In this document: piece after piece, positions 23,020-35,140 of the stretch | Numbering within the stretch: position 1 is the stretch's first letter | Layout of the letters: each line of letters opens with the position of its first letter | From: Dendrobates tinctorius | Lineage: Eukaryota | DNA length: 64,000 nucleotides | Direction of reading: 5' to 3' | Assembly (NCBI RefSeq): GCF_039654945.1 | Contig: NW_027361872.1 | Coordinates: 11,842,001-11,906,000, forward strand | Translations under genes and position numbers: made by a program | The notes under the pieces: model-generated | What the model was told of the DNA's origin: nothing | The model's input: the letters and a program-made list of their open reading frames with translations, nothing else | The model's database searches: none

Positions 23020-24225
23020 TCTAAGGGGGAATGTTTCTCTTTGTGGAGAGTGATATGTCAAGCATGGCATGTCAGAGTAAGAGACTTAAAAGGCATGCAT
23101 GGTCCTCTGGGAAGTTAAATATGCAAATTGGCTCGTTGAATGGCCGATACTGACTTTTAGGATTGCTACTTTCAATGGGTGGCACTAGAATTCAAGTCCT
23201 CTTGCAGGAGACAATTTGCATATTTAATTTCCCTGATGGCCATTTATTTTTGAATTCGGGGCAGCTCTGGTTCTGCTATAATTTAAATGTTGCTTTTTTC
23301 CTGTTGGGCCAGCAAGGGTTAATGTCAGTTTTCTTGCTGGCAGCTGCTTTGCTGCTGGTCAGCCAATGTGGGTTGTGACATCTCCCACCATCCTTTAAAT
23401 TGTCACAGCCTGGAGTTTGGTGCTCTCTGGTGCCAGTGGTGTATCTGCTGCTTCTGCGGAGGAGTTTGGTTCCTGGCCCCGTATCCTCTGATGGTTGGAG
23501 TTTAGGTTCCTGGTCCCATATCCTCTGCTGTTTGGAGTTTGGGTTCCTGGTCCCGTTTCCTCTGCTGTTTGGAGCATAGCAGCAGAGGCTGGAGATAAGT
23601 ATCATTTTACCATTCCTCGTCTGTCTTGTGTTTGTTACTTCCCCTGTCTTGATACCACCTGCAGTGGTAAGGCTAGCGTCCTTGCCAGCCAGTGCACTAG
23701 CCAGGGTATAGTGAGGTGACAACTAGGGACTAGGCACGTGATGGCAGCGGCGGGGGGGAAATACCTGCATAGTGGAGTTAGGGGATCTTAGGGATAGGCA
23801 CAGGTTGGAGTTAAGAAGTGCTCCATCCCTCGCTCCCTACTGTACTGTTAGGGCCTTCCTCTCCCTATTCCAGTCCGTTGTTTGTGTATGTTGTGCCATC
23901 GGCTGGACTTACCCATCTCAAGCGTGACAGCATGGCTTTTAAGTCTCTTCACTCTGATATGCCAGGCTTAACATGTCACTCTCCACAAGGAGAAACGTTA
24001 CCCCTTAGACCCCAGTTCGAAGCCCCTCAGCTAGGCAAATCAGATCTCATATTTTGCAATGAGGTGGGGCACTCACCTCAAAACATTGTCTGCAAATTGA
24101 GATTCTGGTTTGGATTTTACCCTAAGTCATGTAGCAAAGCTCGGTAAAGGGTCGATATTGACTTTTAGGATTGCTACTACCAATAGGTGGAGGTAGAGTT
24201 CTCTGAAGAGGCAATATGCATATCA
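23020..24225. repeat. Hammerhead-bearing repeat, locus 2 (inverted piece plus more than one monomer, split by an LTR-like insert at about 23245-23929)
   Basis: Same blocks as locus 1; degenerate hammerhead at about 24053-24095; the block ttttaggattgctact occurs twice, giving a monomer of about 320-330 bp once the insert is removed. Confidence 0.78.
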
Positions 24226-25399
24226 TAAAACTTTTGAAACCTTCACATTTTATCAAAGTAAAATTACCCCCCAGAACCACCTACTTCGCCCATGTATCTT
24301 TCTGACATTGTTATAAAGTTGCTAGCTCTGTAAGAAGGCTTTTTGCGATAGCGATCAGTCCAAGTAAATGTATGTTTTCGACTCTATGATCTTTTTTTTA
24401 GTTTGTTTTTTTTTACTATTGCCGTGTACACTGAGTGTTATAATTATCCACACGGCTGTGCCGCTGTTCTCTTGTCTGCATATGTGAAAGGTACTGTATG
24501 ATTTGTGTGAACAACAGTGTTTCGCTCAGGAAACCTCATTGTTAGTAGATGTGTCCTTCAATTATACCACAGGGAACAGTGCTGTAAACACCAGATATTT
24601 AACTTTCATATAAATCATAAGTGATGGCTTTCTGAAGCAATATTGTATCCGGCCCATGACAACACCATGGCAAGTTTAATTAGTAAACATTTCTTATTCT
24701 ATTGGAAACAATTTTAATTTGTTGTGGGATTTTTTTTCTCACTCGCTTTGGCTGACTTGCATGTATTTTATATATCATGCCTGTCTTAAGCCTTTTCAGA
24801 ATATCCAATTTGCAAACTGTATTGTGACAGGCAATTATTTCAGCAAGTAAATCTTTCTAACTTCAAACTCTCTAATTTTTTTCCTGTGTGTATATTTTGT
24901 TACGCATGAGAATAATGAGAACAATCAGACGTAAATGCCAAGTCTGCGGCTGCTGGAGGAGGTATTTTTATTGTTTTGCTGCATTTAGAAAATGTGGAAT
25001 CCTAAAATATTACAGTATTAAAGGGTTTATTACTATTTGCTATTGTTAGGACTCGGTGCTGAACTTTGTAGAAAAGTTAGTGATGCAAATAGACACTTGT
25101 GACAGCTTTTGGCCATTGGCTTGGCTTCACAGGAATACCAATGATGCCAGGCATGGTCGCCTTCATCAGGCCATTATCTGCCATGGCAAATTATCGGCAC
25201 CCCATTATTGCATAACCGGGGGTCAGATGGGCACCTTTGTAATGAGTGTGCTCATTACTCGAATTTTCCAAGCATGCCCGGTTGACCTTCGAGTCTTTTG
25301 GGCGTGCTCGGAGATTATGTTTGAGTCGCCGCAGCTGCATGATTTGCGGCTGCTAGACAGCCTGAATACATGTGGGGATAGTCTGTTTGTTAGGGAGTG

Positions 25400-26390
25400 T
25401 TCTAACGGATTAAGGTTCGGGGACTGAGCTGGCCACTCCATATCCTCAATTTTGTAGGACAGGAACCAACATTTTGCTCGTTGACTGGTGTGTTTAGGGT
25501 CGGTCTTGTTGAAACACCCATTTCAAGGGCATATCCTCTTCAGCGTAAGGCGACATGACCTCTTTAAGTATTTTGATATATGCAAACTGGTCCATGATCC
25601 CTGGCATGCGATAAATCGGTCTGGCACCATAGTAAGAGAAACATGCTTATATCATGATGCTTGCACCACCAGGCTTCATTGGCTTGAGAGTGGCTTGAAT
25701 GCAGCGTTTGGGGGTCTCGTCTGACGAACGTCAAAAAGAACAATTTTATTTTCATCAGTCCTCAAAATGTTTCTCCATTTCTCTTTAGGCCAGTAGAAGT
25801 GTTCTTTGGCAAATTGTATCCTCTTCAATAAATGTTTTGTTTTTCTTTTTTAACATTAGGACTTTACGTGACTTCTTGCTAAGAGATTAGCTTCACGCAG
25901 GCGTCTTTTAACTGTCACGATCCTCACAGGTGACTTGAGACTGTCTTTGATCATCCTGGAGCTGATCCATTCGAATGGTAGTCTTCTGTTTTCGTCCATG
26001 TCTCTTTGGTTTGGCTTTCCATTTTCGCTGAACAGCCAATCATTGACTGCACTTCTTTATAAGTTTTACCCTCTCCAGTCAACGTTTTAATCAAAGTACA
26101 CTGTTCTTCTGAACAATATTTCAAACAACTCATATTTCTCAGGCTTTCAATGAGAAATGCATGTACAACGTGTCCTGGGCTTCACCCTTAAATAAGGGCC
26201 ACCTGATTCTCACCTGTATCTTCACAGAATGATTGACCTCACAAATTGAACTCCACACTGCTATTATTTTCATCACACTCCCTTTTAAATTAATTATTCT
26301 AAGACACAGACTCAAAACCTGCAGATCATGAATGCAGAGTCTGGTGGTTATCTTAGAATCTACTGCACCAACTGGTAAATTGTTTGACAG
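25400..26390 (-). pseudogene. Decayed Tc1 transposase and element
   Basis: Fragments EEQCTLIKTL..EGKTYKEVQSMIGCSAKM and WPAQSPNLNP; many disablements. Confidence 0.75.
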
Positions 26391-26395
26391 GTGAT

Positions 26396-27025
26396 TGTCA
26401 TGATCCCAGTGCAGGGTTTGACCTGCACGTCAGGGGTTAATGTCTTGAGCTCAGTGCAGGCTTTGACCTGCACACCTGGGGTTAATTATTGTGGCCTCTC
26501 TTTGGTTCAGGCAGAGCTTTTTATTGCCCTGAGATACTCCAATCCCTGTCAGTTATACTTTTGCCTTTGGCCGAGTGTTGTGACGCCTGTGTGCCTGTTC
26601 GTTGTCTTATAGCTTGCTTATATGGTTCTGTCCCCCGTTGTGAGTTTGCCTGTTGATTCTGTACTGTATATCTGCTTCTCTGGTTTCTGACTTCTTGGCT
26701 ACGTCTTGTCTATCCGTTCTGTCTTGCCCTTTGGTAATTGTCGTGCTATCTCGTGCTTTGACCCCGGCAAGATCTGGTTTATTTCCCTGTTTATGCCTAT
26801 TAGTAACTTTGTTCCGTAGTTACCATTCTAGGAGTTTTCCTGCAGCTCCTAACTCTCGGGAGTTTAGGCCACGCCCCCAGCAGTCACATGCTTCAGGTCC
26901 TGAGAGTCTGAAGCACGCATCTTCTCTGCTGCTGCCCTGCTCCACAGGTATCTCTGAGCACAGGTTGTCTTACTCAGGACACGCGCACTGGCTCAGGGAG
27001 CAAGTGCAGTGCAGTGTTCCTGACA
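26396..27025 (+). mobile_element. Solo LTR
   Basis: TGTCATGATCC...CCTGACA; flanks GTGAT and GCGAT (5-bp TSD with one mismatch); same terminal type as 31942-32552. Confidence 0.72.
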
Positions 27026-28429
27026 GCGATAATATAATTTATACCTAAAATAGTGATTAATCTGCTTAGTCATATTGGACTGCTATTATTTTGAACACTA
27101 CAGTATATCATCTGATAACAATAACTGGGAAGAATTTTTTTTTTTGGTCAATAAAAGCAAAAAACTATCAGGAACAACATATAATACCATCTGTTTTGCC
27201 CAACAACTCATTACTACAGTGATACAGTGTGGTCTGACAACCATCAAATCATTACTGAGAACCTGTGAATGCAAATCCATTAATTAATTGTTGTCTGCTG
27301 CCTTATGAATGTGGATTCCTTTTCCTGACCAAGGTCAGGGAGCATTGTTAATAAGCAATGTGGCAGCTTAAGCTATTTGAGGTGTGTGATAATGGAACGA
27401 AATACAATATCCTAGAGGTCATTAAGAAACCGCTCCATTTTACACTTCTCAATGACTGTAATATCCATGCAAATGATAAAAGGTAGCAGTGGTGGCAGGC
27501 TTTCCTCCAATCTCTACATTGTATGCAGATGAGGAGAATATTCTACCTCTTGGAGGACTGCAGTGACTGACCCCAACACAATGGGAGCCTATGTGCAATA
27601 TGCCATTGAATACTTATATGATGTAATACCGACGTCAAAACACAATGTAAACAGAACCTAGAAATTAAGAGCTATTTTTCTCAAATAGCAGTAACCGTCA
27701 TTTTAATTTTTATTTTTTTCATAAATCAATAATACACATAAAAACAAGCAATTTTGTAATATATTATATCAGAGAAATCTGCTTCTTTCTCCTCCAGTAC
27801 TTATCATTCACTTTCAAAATTATCAATTCTGCTGTAAAAATCTGTATTCAGTGAAGACAGACTGCAACATTACTGAGATAAGAGATGAAAGTTGCTACTG
27901 ATAAGTTTCTATGTAGATGGAGGAGGAGCTCTGCCTCTAGCTTTTCCATCCCCCTCTGTCCCCTCTACAGATGACTGCTACTGATAAGATTATTTAACCC
28001 CTTCGCACCCGAGCCTGTTTATGCCTTCGTGACTGGGCCAATTTTTTCAATTCTGACCAGTGTCACTTTATGAGGTCATAACTCTAGAACGCTTCAACGG
28101 ATCCTACTGATTCTGACATTGTTTTCTCATGACATATTGTACTTCATGATGGTGGTAAAAATTTTTAGATATGATCTGCACTTATTTGTTAAAAAAATCA
28201 AAATTTGGCAAAAATTTAGAAAATTTTGCAATTTTCAAACTTTTAATTTTTATGCCCTTAAATCAGAGAGTGATATCGCACAAAATAGTTAATAAATAAC
28301 AGTTCCCACATGTCTACTTTACATCTGCACAATTTTGGAAACATAATTTTTTTTTTTTAGGAAGTTATAAGGGTTAAAAGTTGACCAGCGATTTCTCATT
28401 TTTACAACAAAATTTGCAACACCATTTTT

Positions 28430-30440
28430 TTTAGGGACCACCTCACATTTGAAGTGAGTTTGGGGGGTCAATATGACAGAAAATACCCAAAATTGACACC
28501 ATTCTAAAAACTGCACCTCTCAATGTACTCAAAACCACATTCAAGAAGTTTATTAACCCTTCAGGTGCTTCACATGAATGAATGGAATATGGAAGGAAAA
28601 AATAAACATTTAACTTTTTTTCACAAACATTTTACTTCAAAACCATTTTTTTTACTTTCACAAGTGTAAAAAGAGAAAATGAACCACTAAATTTTTTGTG
28701 CAATTTCTCCCAAATACGCCAATACGCCGTATGTGGGGCTAAACCACTGTTTGAGCACACGGCAGAGCTCAGAACGGAAGGAGTGCCGTTTGACTTTTTC
28801 AATGCAGAATTGGCTGGAATTGAGATCGGATGCCATGTCGCATTTGGAGAGCCCCTGATGTACCTAAACAGTGGCAACCCCCCACAAGTGACCCCATTTT
28901 GGAAACTAGACCCCCCAAGGAACTTATATAGATGTGTGGTGAGCACTTTGAACCCCCAAGTGTTTCAGTAAAGTTTATAATGTAGAGGCGTGAAAATAAA
29001 AAAATCATTTTTTTTCCACAAAAATGATCTTTTAGCCCCCAATTTTTATTTTCACAAGGGTAACAGGATAAATTGGACCCTAAGAGTTGTTGTCCAATTT
29101 GTCCTGAGTATGCTGGTACGCCATATGTTGGAGAAAACTACTGTTTGGGCACACGGTGGGGCTCGGAAGGGAAGTAGTGACGTTCTGAAATGCAGACTTT
29201 GATGGAATGGGCTGTGGGTGTCATGTCGCGTTTGCAGAGCCCCTGATGTACCTAAACAGTGGAAACCCCACACAAGTGACCCCATTTTGGAAACTAGACC
29301 CCCCAAGGAACTTATCTAGATGTGTAGTGAGCACTTTGAACCCCCAAGTGTTTCAGTAAAGTTTATAATGTAGAGGCGTGAAAATAAAAAAATCATTTTT
29401 TTTTTCCACAAAAATGATCTTTTAGCCCCCAATTTTTATTTTCACAAGGGTAACAGGAGAAATTGGACCCTAAGAGTTGTTGTCCAATTTGTCCTGAGTA
29501 CGCTGGTACGCCATATGTTGGAGAAAACTACTGTTTGGGTACACGGTGGGGCTCGGAAGGGAAGTAGTGACGTTCTGAAATGCAGACTTTGATGGAATGG
29601 TCTGTGGGTGTCATGTCGCGTTTGCAGAGCCCCTGATGTACCTAAACAGTGGAAACCCCACACAAGTGACCCCATTTTGGCAACTAGACCCCCCAAGGAA
29701 CTTATCTAGATGTGTGGTGAGCACTTTGAACCCCCAAGTGTTTCAGTAAAGTTTATAATGTAGAGGCGTGAAAATAAAAAAATCATTTTTTTTCCACAAA
29801 AATGATCTTTTAGCCCCCAATTTTTATTTTCACAAGGGTAACAGGAGAAATTGGACCCTAAGAGTTGTTGTCCAATTTGTCCTGAGTATGCTGGTACGCC
29901 ATATGTTGGAGAAAACTACTGTTTGGGCACACGGTGGGGCTCGGAAGGGAAGTAGTGACGTTCTGAAATGCAGACTTTGATGGAATGGTCTGTGGGTGTC
30001 ATGTCGCGTTTGCAGAGCCCCTGATGTACCTAAACAGTGGAAACCCCACACAAGTGACCCCATTTTGGCAACTAGACCCCCCAAGGAACTTATCTAGATG
30101 TGTGGTGAGCACTTTGAACCCCCAAGTGTTTCAGTAAAGTTTATAATGTAGAGGCGTGAAAATAAAAAAATCATTTTTTTTCCACAAAAATGATCTTTTA
30201 GCCCCCAATTTTTATTTTCACAAGGGTAACGGGAGAAATTGGACCCTAAGAGTTGTTGTCCAATTTGTCCTGAGTCCTGAGTACGCTGGTACCCCATATG
30301 TGGGAGAAAACTACTGTTTGGGCACACGGTGGGGCTCGGAAGGGAAGTAGTGACGTTCTGAAATGCAGACTTTGATGGAATGGTCTGCGGGCGTCATATT
30401 GCATTTACAGAGCCCCTGATGTACCTAAACAGTGGAAACC
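28430..30440. repeat. ~389-bp tandem repeat (about 5 units)
   Basis: The anchor ccccaaggaactta recurs at about 28913, 29302, 29692 and 30080; the ORF track shows repeated near-identical ORFs. Confidence 0.92.
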
Positions 30441-30444
30441 CCCA

Positions 30445-30598
30445 ATTCTAATTCCAACCCTAACCCCAACGCACCCCTAACCCTAATCTCAGCCCTAACC
30501 ATAACCCTAACCACAAACCTAACACCAACACACCCATAACCTTAATCCCAGCCCTAGCCCTAGCCCTAACCCTAGCCCTAACCCTAACCCTAACCCCT
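30445..30598 (+). repeat. Degenerate telomere-like (CCCTAA/CCCTAG)n tract
   Basis: Directly visible hexamer array. Confidence 0.9.
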
Positions 30599-31496
30599 GC
30601 ATTTTTTTTTTTACTTTTTTTTTTTATTTTTGTCACAAGATCGCTGCCCTGCGATCTGACTCATAGTAACGCCACTTCACCTCTGATCATCTGTCAGTGT
30701 GAGATCAGAGGAGAAGCAGCGTTACTATGTGACAAGATCGCTGCCTGGCACATAATAACGCGACTTCTCCTCTGATCTCACAATGACAGATGATCAGAGG
30801 TGAAGCAGCGTTACTGTGTGACAAGATCGCTGCCTGGCACAGCTGTGCCAGGCAGCGATCTAGTCACACAATAACGCTGTTTCACCTCTGATCAGCTGTC
30901 AGTGTTAGATCAGAGGGAGAAGCCGCGTTACAATGAGGGAGATCGCCGGGAAACAAGCAGCTTTCCCAGCGATCGCTCCCATTGGCTGCTGTGACGCTGA
31001 CGTCATCGGGACCTGAACCAATCAGGTCTCGATGACGTCGGGGGTCCCAGCATGCATTGCGCACCGGGATCCCCGCGTTGTAAGGTATGTGGGGGTCCCG
31101 GGGGGCACAAAACCGCCGACAGTAGATAAACGTCGGCGCTGCACAAAGCCCAGCAAGCGCCAACGTTTATCTACTGTGGGCGGTCGTGAAGAGGTTAAGC
31201 TGGACATTACATTTATATATCGTCCCACTGCTGGGTGTCCATGGTTGGACCTCGGGTTATGCTTGGCCCTCATTCTTATTGAGGTCATTTTTGACACATG
31301 GTAATTTTTGACTACAGGTTAGGACCGTCCTGACTGGGTACACCTTGCTGATGGTGGGATGGCTTTTACACTTTTTTTTATTTATTTTTTTTTTTTTAAC
31401 AAAAACAGTGTTTTGCTAAGTACGCTATATTTATATGCACTAATGCTTTTTACTTACTTATAGGAGGGTATAAGTTAATTTCTATCTTAGGTTTTG

Positions 31497-33707
31497 TGTC
31501 ACAGGGATACCATGACAGACGGACCATTAGATTGCAGCGTCTGGTTTCAAAAACTCCTGCACTGAATAGAACAGGTTCGCAATATTATTAAACAGTGCAG
31601 GTTTCTTCCTTGGTGGCAGTGAAAGGGTTAATCAATTCAGTTGCTCTCTTGGAGCTCTTCAACCTGGATTGACTCAGCTGTTTAGTGTTGACCACTCCCC
31701 TCTGCTATAAATGCTCGCCACTGGCACTTGGGAGTTGCCAGTGATATTTTTTACTGCGTGGTTAGGAATTGGAGGTGAAGTTCATGTTTGTAGTCCCCGT
31801 TCTTCAGCGCATGCAATTTTCATCCATAATTCTGCTCCTTCAACAGGAATCGTTCTTCAGGAGTAAAATGACGAGGAATGGTTTTCTTCATCTACGCAAG
31901 GTGTTCTTAATAATTTAAGGAGGATGGGTTCCAAACATAAGTGTCATGATCCAGGATGGGGTTTCGCTTTCACCCGTTCTGGTCAGACTGGGGGTTAATT
32001 GTTCTGCCTCTCTCTGGCAGAGGGCGGCTATTTAATGCTCACTGGACCTAGGTCCGGTGTCAGTTATACTCCTGCCCTCGGCTGAGTTAGTTAACCTCTT
32101 GTGTACGTGTGCCTTGTGCCTGATAACTTGTTGCTTGTTTGGTTGTGATCCGGTTCTGTCCCTGTTACGAGTTCTGCCTGCCCCTCTTGTACCGCACCCT
32201 CTCTCGTGTATGACTCTCTGCTCGTCCCTTTGGTACCGCACCGCCCTCTTGAGTATGACCTTTGGCTTTGTCTGACCTCCCGTCTGTTTATCCCACCTGT
32301 ACCTCGTTTGCCCGTACTGTGGAAGACCTCCGTTTTGCCCACTCTGAGTTTTCTATCTTCTCTGAAAGCTGGACGCTAAGCCCCGCCCCTTGCAGTCAGA
32401 TGACCGTAGGTCCTGTGCCGGCTTGCTAACCTTCAGCGTTCAGGTCCTGTGCATCTGTACTTTCTGGCTGTTCCTGTCCCCAGGGGTCCCTACAGTGAGG
32501 GTAAGTCCCTGCTCAGTGGAGGCTGTACACCGGCGCTGTCAGGATCCTGATAATAAGAGTATGGCTGATCGGAAACACTTGGTGGGTCTGGACCCGAGTG
32601 CTAGTGATTTGGTGTGGTTGTCCTTGGAGAACAATCAGTTGAAGGTTCCTTCCTGGAAACTGGCACCCAGTTTCATCGACCTCTATAAAATAGTTGCCGT
32701 TAATTCAGTAGCGTTTCGCCTTGCTTTACCACCTACTTTCAAGATTCATAACGTGTTCCACCAATCACTTCTCAAAACATACACTTTTCCTCTGAACTAT
32801 CTTCACCAGCACCTTTCCGAGTCATTGTTGATAGGAATCTGGAATTCAAGATAGCAAAGATTATCGATTCTCGTGTTGTACACCGGTCTCTTCAATATTT
32901 GGTACATTTGAAGGGTTACAGTCCTGGGGAGAGAATGCGGGTACCAGTGTCGGATGTGCAAGTGATCAGGTTCGTCCAGTTTTATCAAGCTTCACATCCA
33001 GACAAAGCTGATTCTGAGATTCTGGAGGTCCCTCTTAGGAAGGGGGGTACTGTCATGAAGATACCGCAACAGAGAGGGGCCAGAACAGAAGTTTTCGGCA
33101 TCTGGTTACACAAACTCCTGCACTGATTTGAACTGTTATACATTCTTATTACACAGTGCAGGTTTCTTCCTTGCTTGCAGTGCAAGGGTTAATCAGTTCG
33201 GTTGATCTCCCGGAGCTCTTCAACCAGGCTTGTCTCAGCGATTTAGTGTTGGCCATTCCCCTCTGTTATATATGCTCATCACTGACACTTGAGAATTGCC
33301 AGTGATAGTTCTTACTGCCTGGTTAGAAGTTGGAGGTGAAGTTCGTGTTGGGGAGTAGGCGTGGTTCAGGAGATTTTTGTGTTCATCCTAATCCCCTATT
33401 TGGCTTGACCTTCCTATACCAACCCTGTGTTCAACTATGTTGTTTGGTGAGTGTATTTTGTATGATTGTAGTTTTTATTTATCCATGTCCATCTCTCTTG
33501 TTTGTCTGTCAGTGTTATCCTATACACTTCAGCATCACACTTCTCGGGGTGGAGAAGGGAACAAATAACGGATAATATAGGAGTACAGCAATTCACGTGA
33601 CCCCGACGTCTCCACCTTAGCGAGTAATCCGGGGGGACAGAGATAAACTAAGTGCCCCAAGATCGAGGAATTGGGTATTCACCCAAAGTCCCTACTCACT
33701 ACAAGAC
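31497..33707 (+). mobile_element. Internally deleted Gypsy (chromovirus-like) LTR retrotransposon
   Basis: Related LTRs start at 31497 (tgtcacagggatacc) and 33051 (tgtcatgaagatacc); PPT aggaaggggggtac lies before the 3' LTR. Integrase C-terminal and chromodomain remnants (KLAPSF..YKI, IHNVFHQSLLK, QYLVHLKGY) are at 32560-33030. Confidence 0.8.
31942..32552 (+). mobile_element. Solo LTR nested in the Gypsy element
   Basis: TGTCATGATCC...CCTGATA; 5-bp TSD ATAAG. Confidence 0.78.
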
Positions 33708-33870
33708 AGTTTGTCTGTTTAATGGCCCGTGTGAACATGCTCCTACATGTTGCATGTAGAACAGCTTATACTACAGCTCATTTCTTTTGGTTTTGATAAG
33801 ATTCAATGTAGAGTGGACAGAGGAGGTAGGAGCTAGAGATAGAACTTTTCCTCCGCCTACATAGAAACTT

Positions 33871-35140
33871 TTGTGTTTTTTGCTTTTTGTTTTCTCTGGT
33901 TAATGGTCATGTGTTAACATGCACTTACATTGTGCATACACATTAACTTACTTTTCTCAGTTCAGATTTGTTTTTTATTCATTTCATTGTGCATTCAGTG
34001 CATATAGGGGTGTGACCGCCCTCTTTCTGAGCTGGGAAAGCCATCCAGTCTGGCCTAAGCTGTTACTAGTGGTTCAGCCGCTCGACCCTTATTCACATTC
34101 ACGCCACTTGGCAAGTGAAAAGGTTTTAAATACTAGAGCAGGGACTGTCCCACAAGGGTTGCCGTGACGTGGCGGGATGGCTTGTACATTATTTTGATCA
34201 AAATTATGTTTACTAAATACCCTTATTATTATTATTACCTTTATGCATTATTTGCAGTATATTTTTTACTTTTTAGTTCAGGATATTTGTGTTTTTTGCT
34301 TTTTGTTTTCTCTGGTTAATGGTCATGTGTTAACATGCACTTACATTGTGCATACACATTAACTTACTTTTCTCAGTTCAGATTTGTTTTTTATTCATTT
34401 CATTGTGCATTCAGTGCATATAGGGGTGTGACCGCCCTCTTTCTGAGCTGGGAAAGCCATCCAGTCTGGCCTAAGCTGTTACTAGTGGTTCAGCCGCTCG
34501 ACCCTTATTCACATTCACGCCACTTGGCAAGTGAAAAGGTTTTAAATACTAGAGTAGGGACTGTCCCACAAGGGTTGCCGTGACGTGGCGGGATGGCTTG
34601 TACATTATTTTGATCAAAATTATGTTTACTAAATACCCTTATTATTATTATTACCTTTATGCATTATTTGCAGTATATTTTTTACTTTTTAGTTCAGGAT
34701 ATTTGTGTTTTTTGCTTTTTGTTTTCTCTGGTTAATGGTCATGTGTTAACATGCACTTACATTGTGCATACACATTAACTTACTTTTCTCAGTTCAGATT
34801 TGTTTTTTATTCATTTCATTGTGCATTCAGTGCATATAGGGGTGTGACCGCCCTCTTTCTGAGCTGGGAAAGCCATCCAGTCTGGCCTAAGCTGTTACTA
34901 GTGGTTCAGCCGCTCGACCCTTATTCACATTCACGCCACTTGGCAAGTGAAAAGGTTTTAAATACTAGAGTAGGGACTGTCCCACAAGGGTTGCCGTGAC
35001 TTGGCAAGATGGCTTGTACATTATTTTGATCAAAATTATGTTTACTAAATACCCTTATTATTATTACCTTTATGCATTATTTGCAGTATATTTTTTACTT
35101 TTTAGTTCAGGATATTTGTGTTTTTTGCTTTTTGTTTTCT
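33871..35140 (+). repeat. 416-bp unit x3 plus 25 bp, flanked by a 10-bp TSD
   Basis: Units start at 33871, 34287, 34703 and 35116; ATAGAAACTT occurs at 33861-33870 and 35141-35150. Confidence 0.93.

Larger units (their letters stand above)
27998..31194. mobile_element. Non-autonomous piggyBac-like element carrying internal satellites
   Basis: TTAA|CCCCTTCGCACCC...CGGTCGTGAAGAGG|TTAA; no transposase ORF. Confidence 0.78.

Noticed and set aside
24053-24095. Second and third hammerhead copies (also about 49746-49790) as active ribozymes
   Set aside because: The core nucleotides are mutated (ATGAGGT/AAAA; CAGAGGA/ACAA), so they are kept only as decayed homologues.
34130-34185. Group II intron domain V/VI or Helitron 3' end (hairpin plus CTAG) on the minus strand
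   Set aside because: The hairpin pairs poorly on that strand, homology continues past the CTAG, and a 10-bp TSD is not Helitron-like.
33871-34286. Hairpin-ribozyme-like words on the minus strand of the 416-bp unit (ACCAGAGAAA, GACAGUCC)
   Set aside because: The partner strands (AGAAGUC; GUAUAUUAC-CUGGU) are absent, and the G-U pairing favours the plus strand.
33919-34999. Three near-identical 82-aa ORFs as a tandem gene family
   Set aside because: No coding hallmarks, and the frame is altered or lost in the copies at 39.8 kb and 61 kb while the helices are kept.
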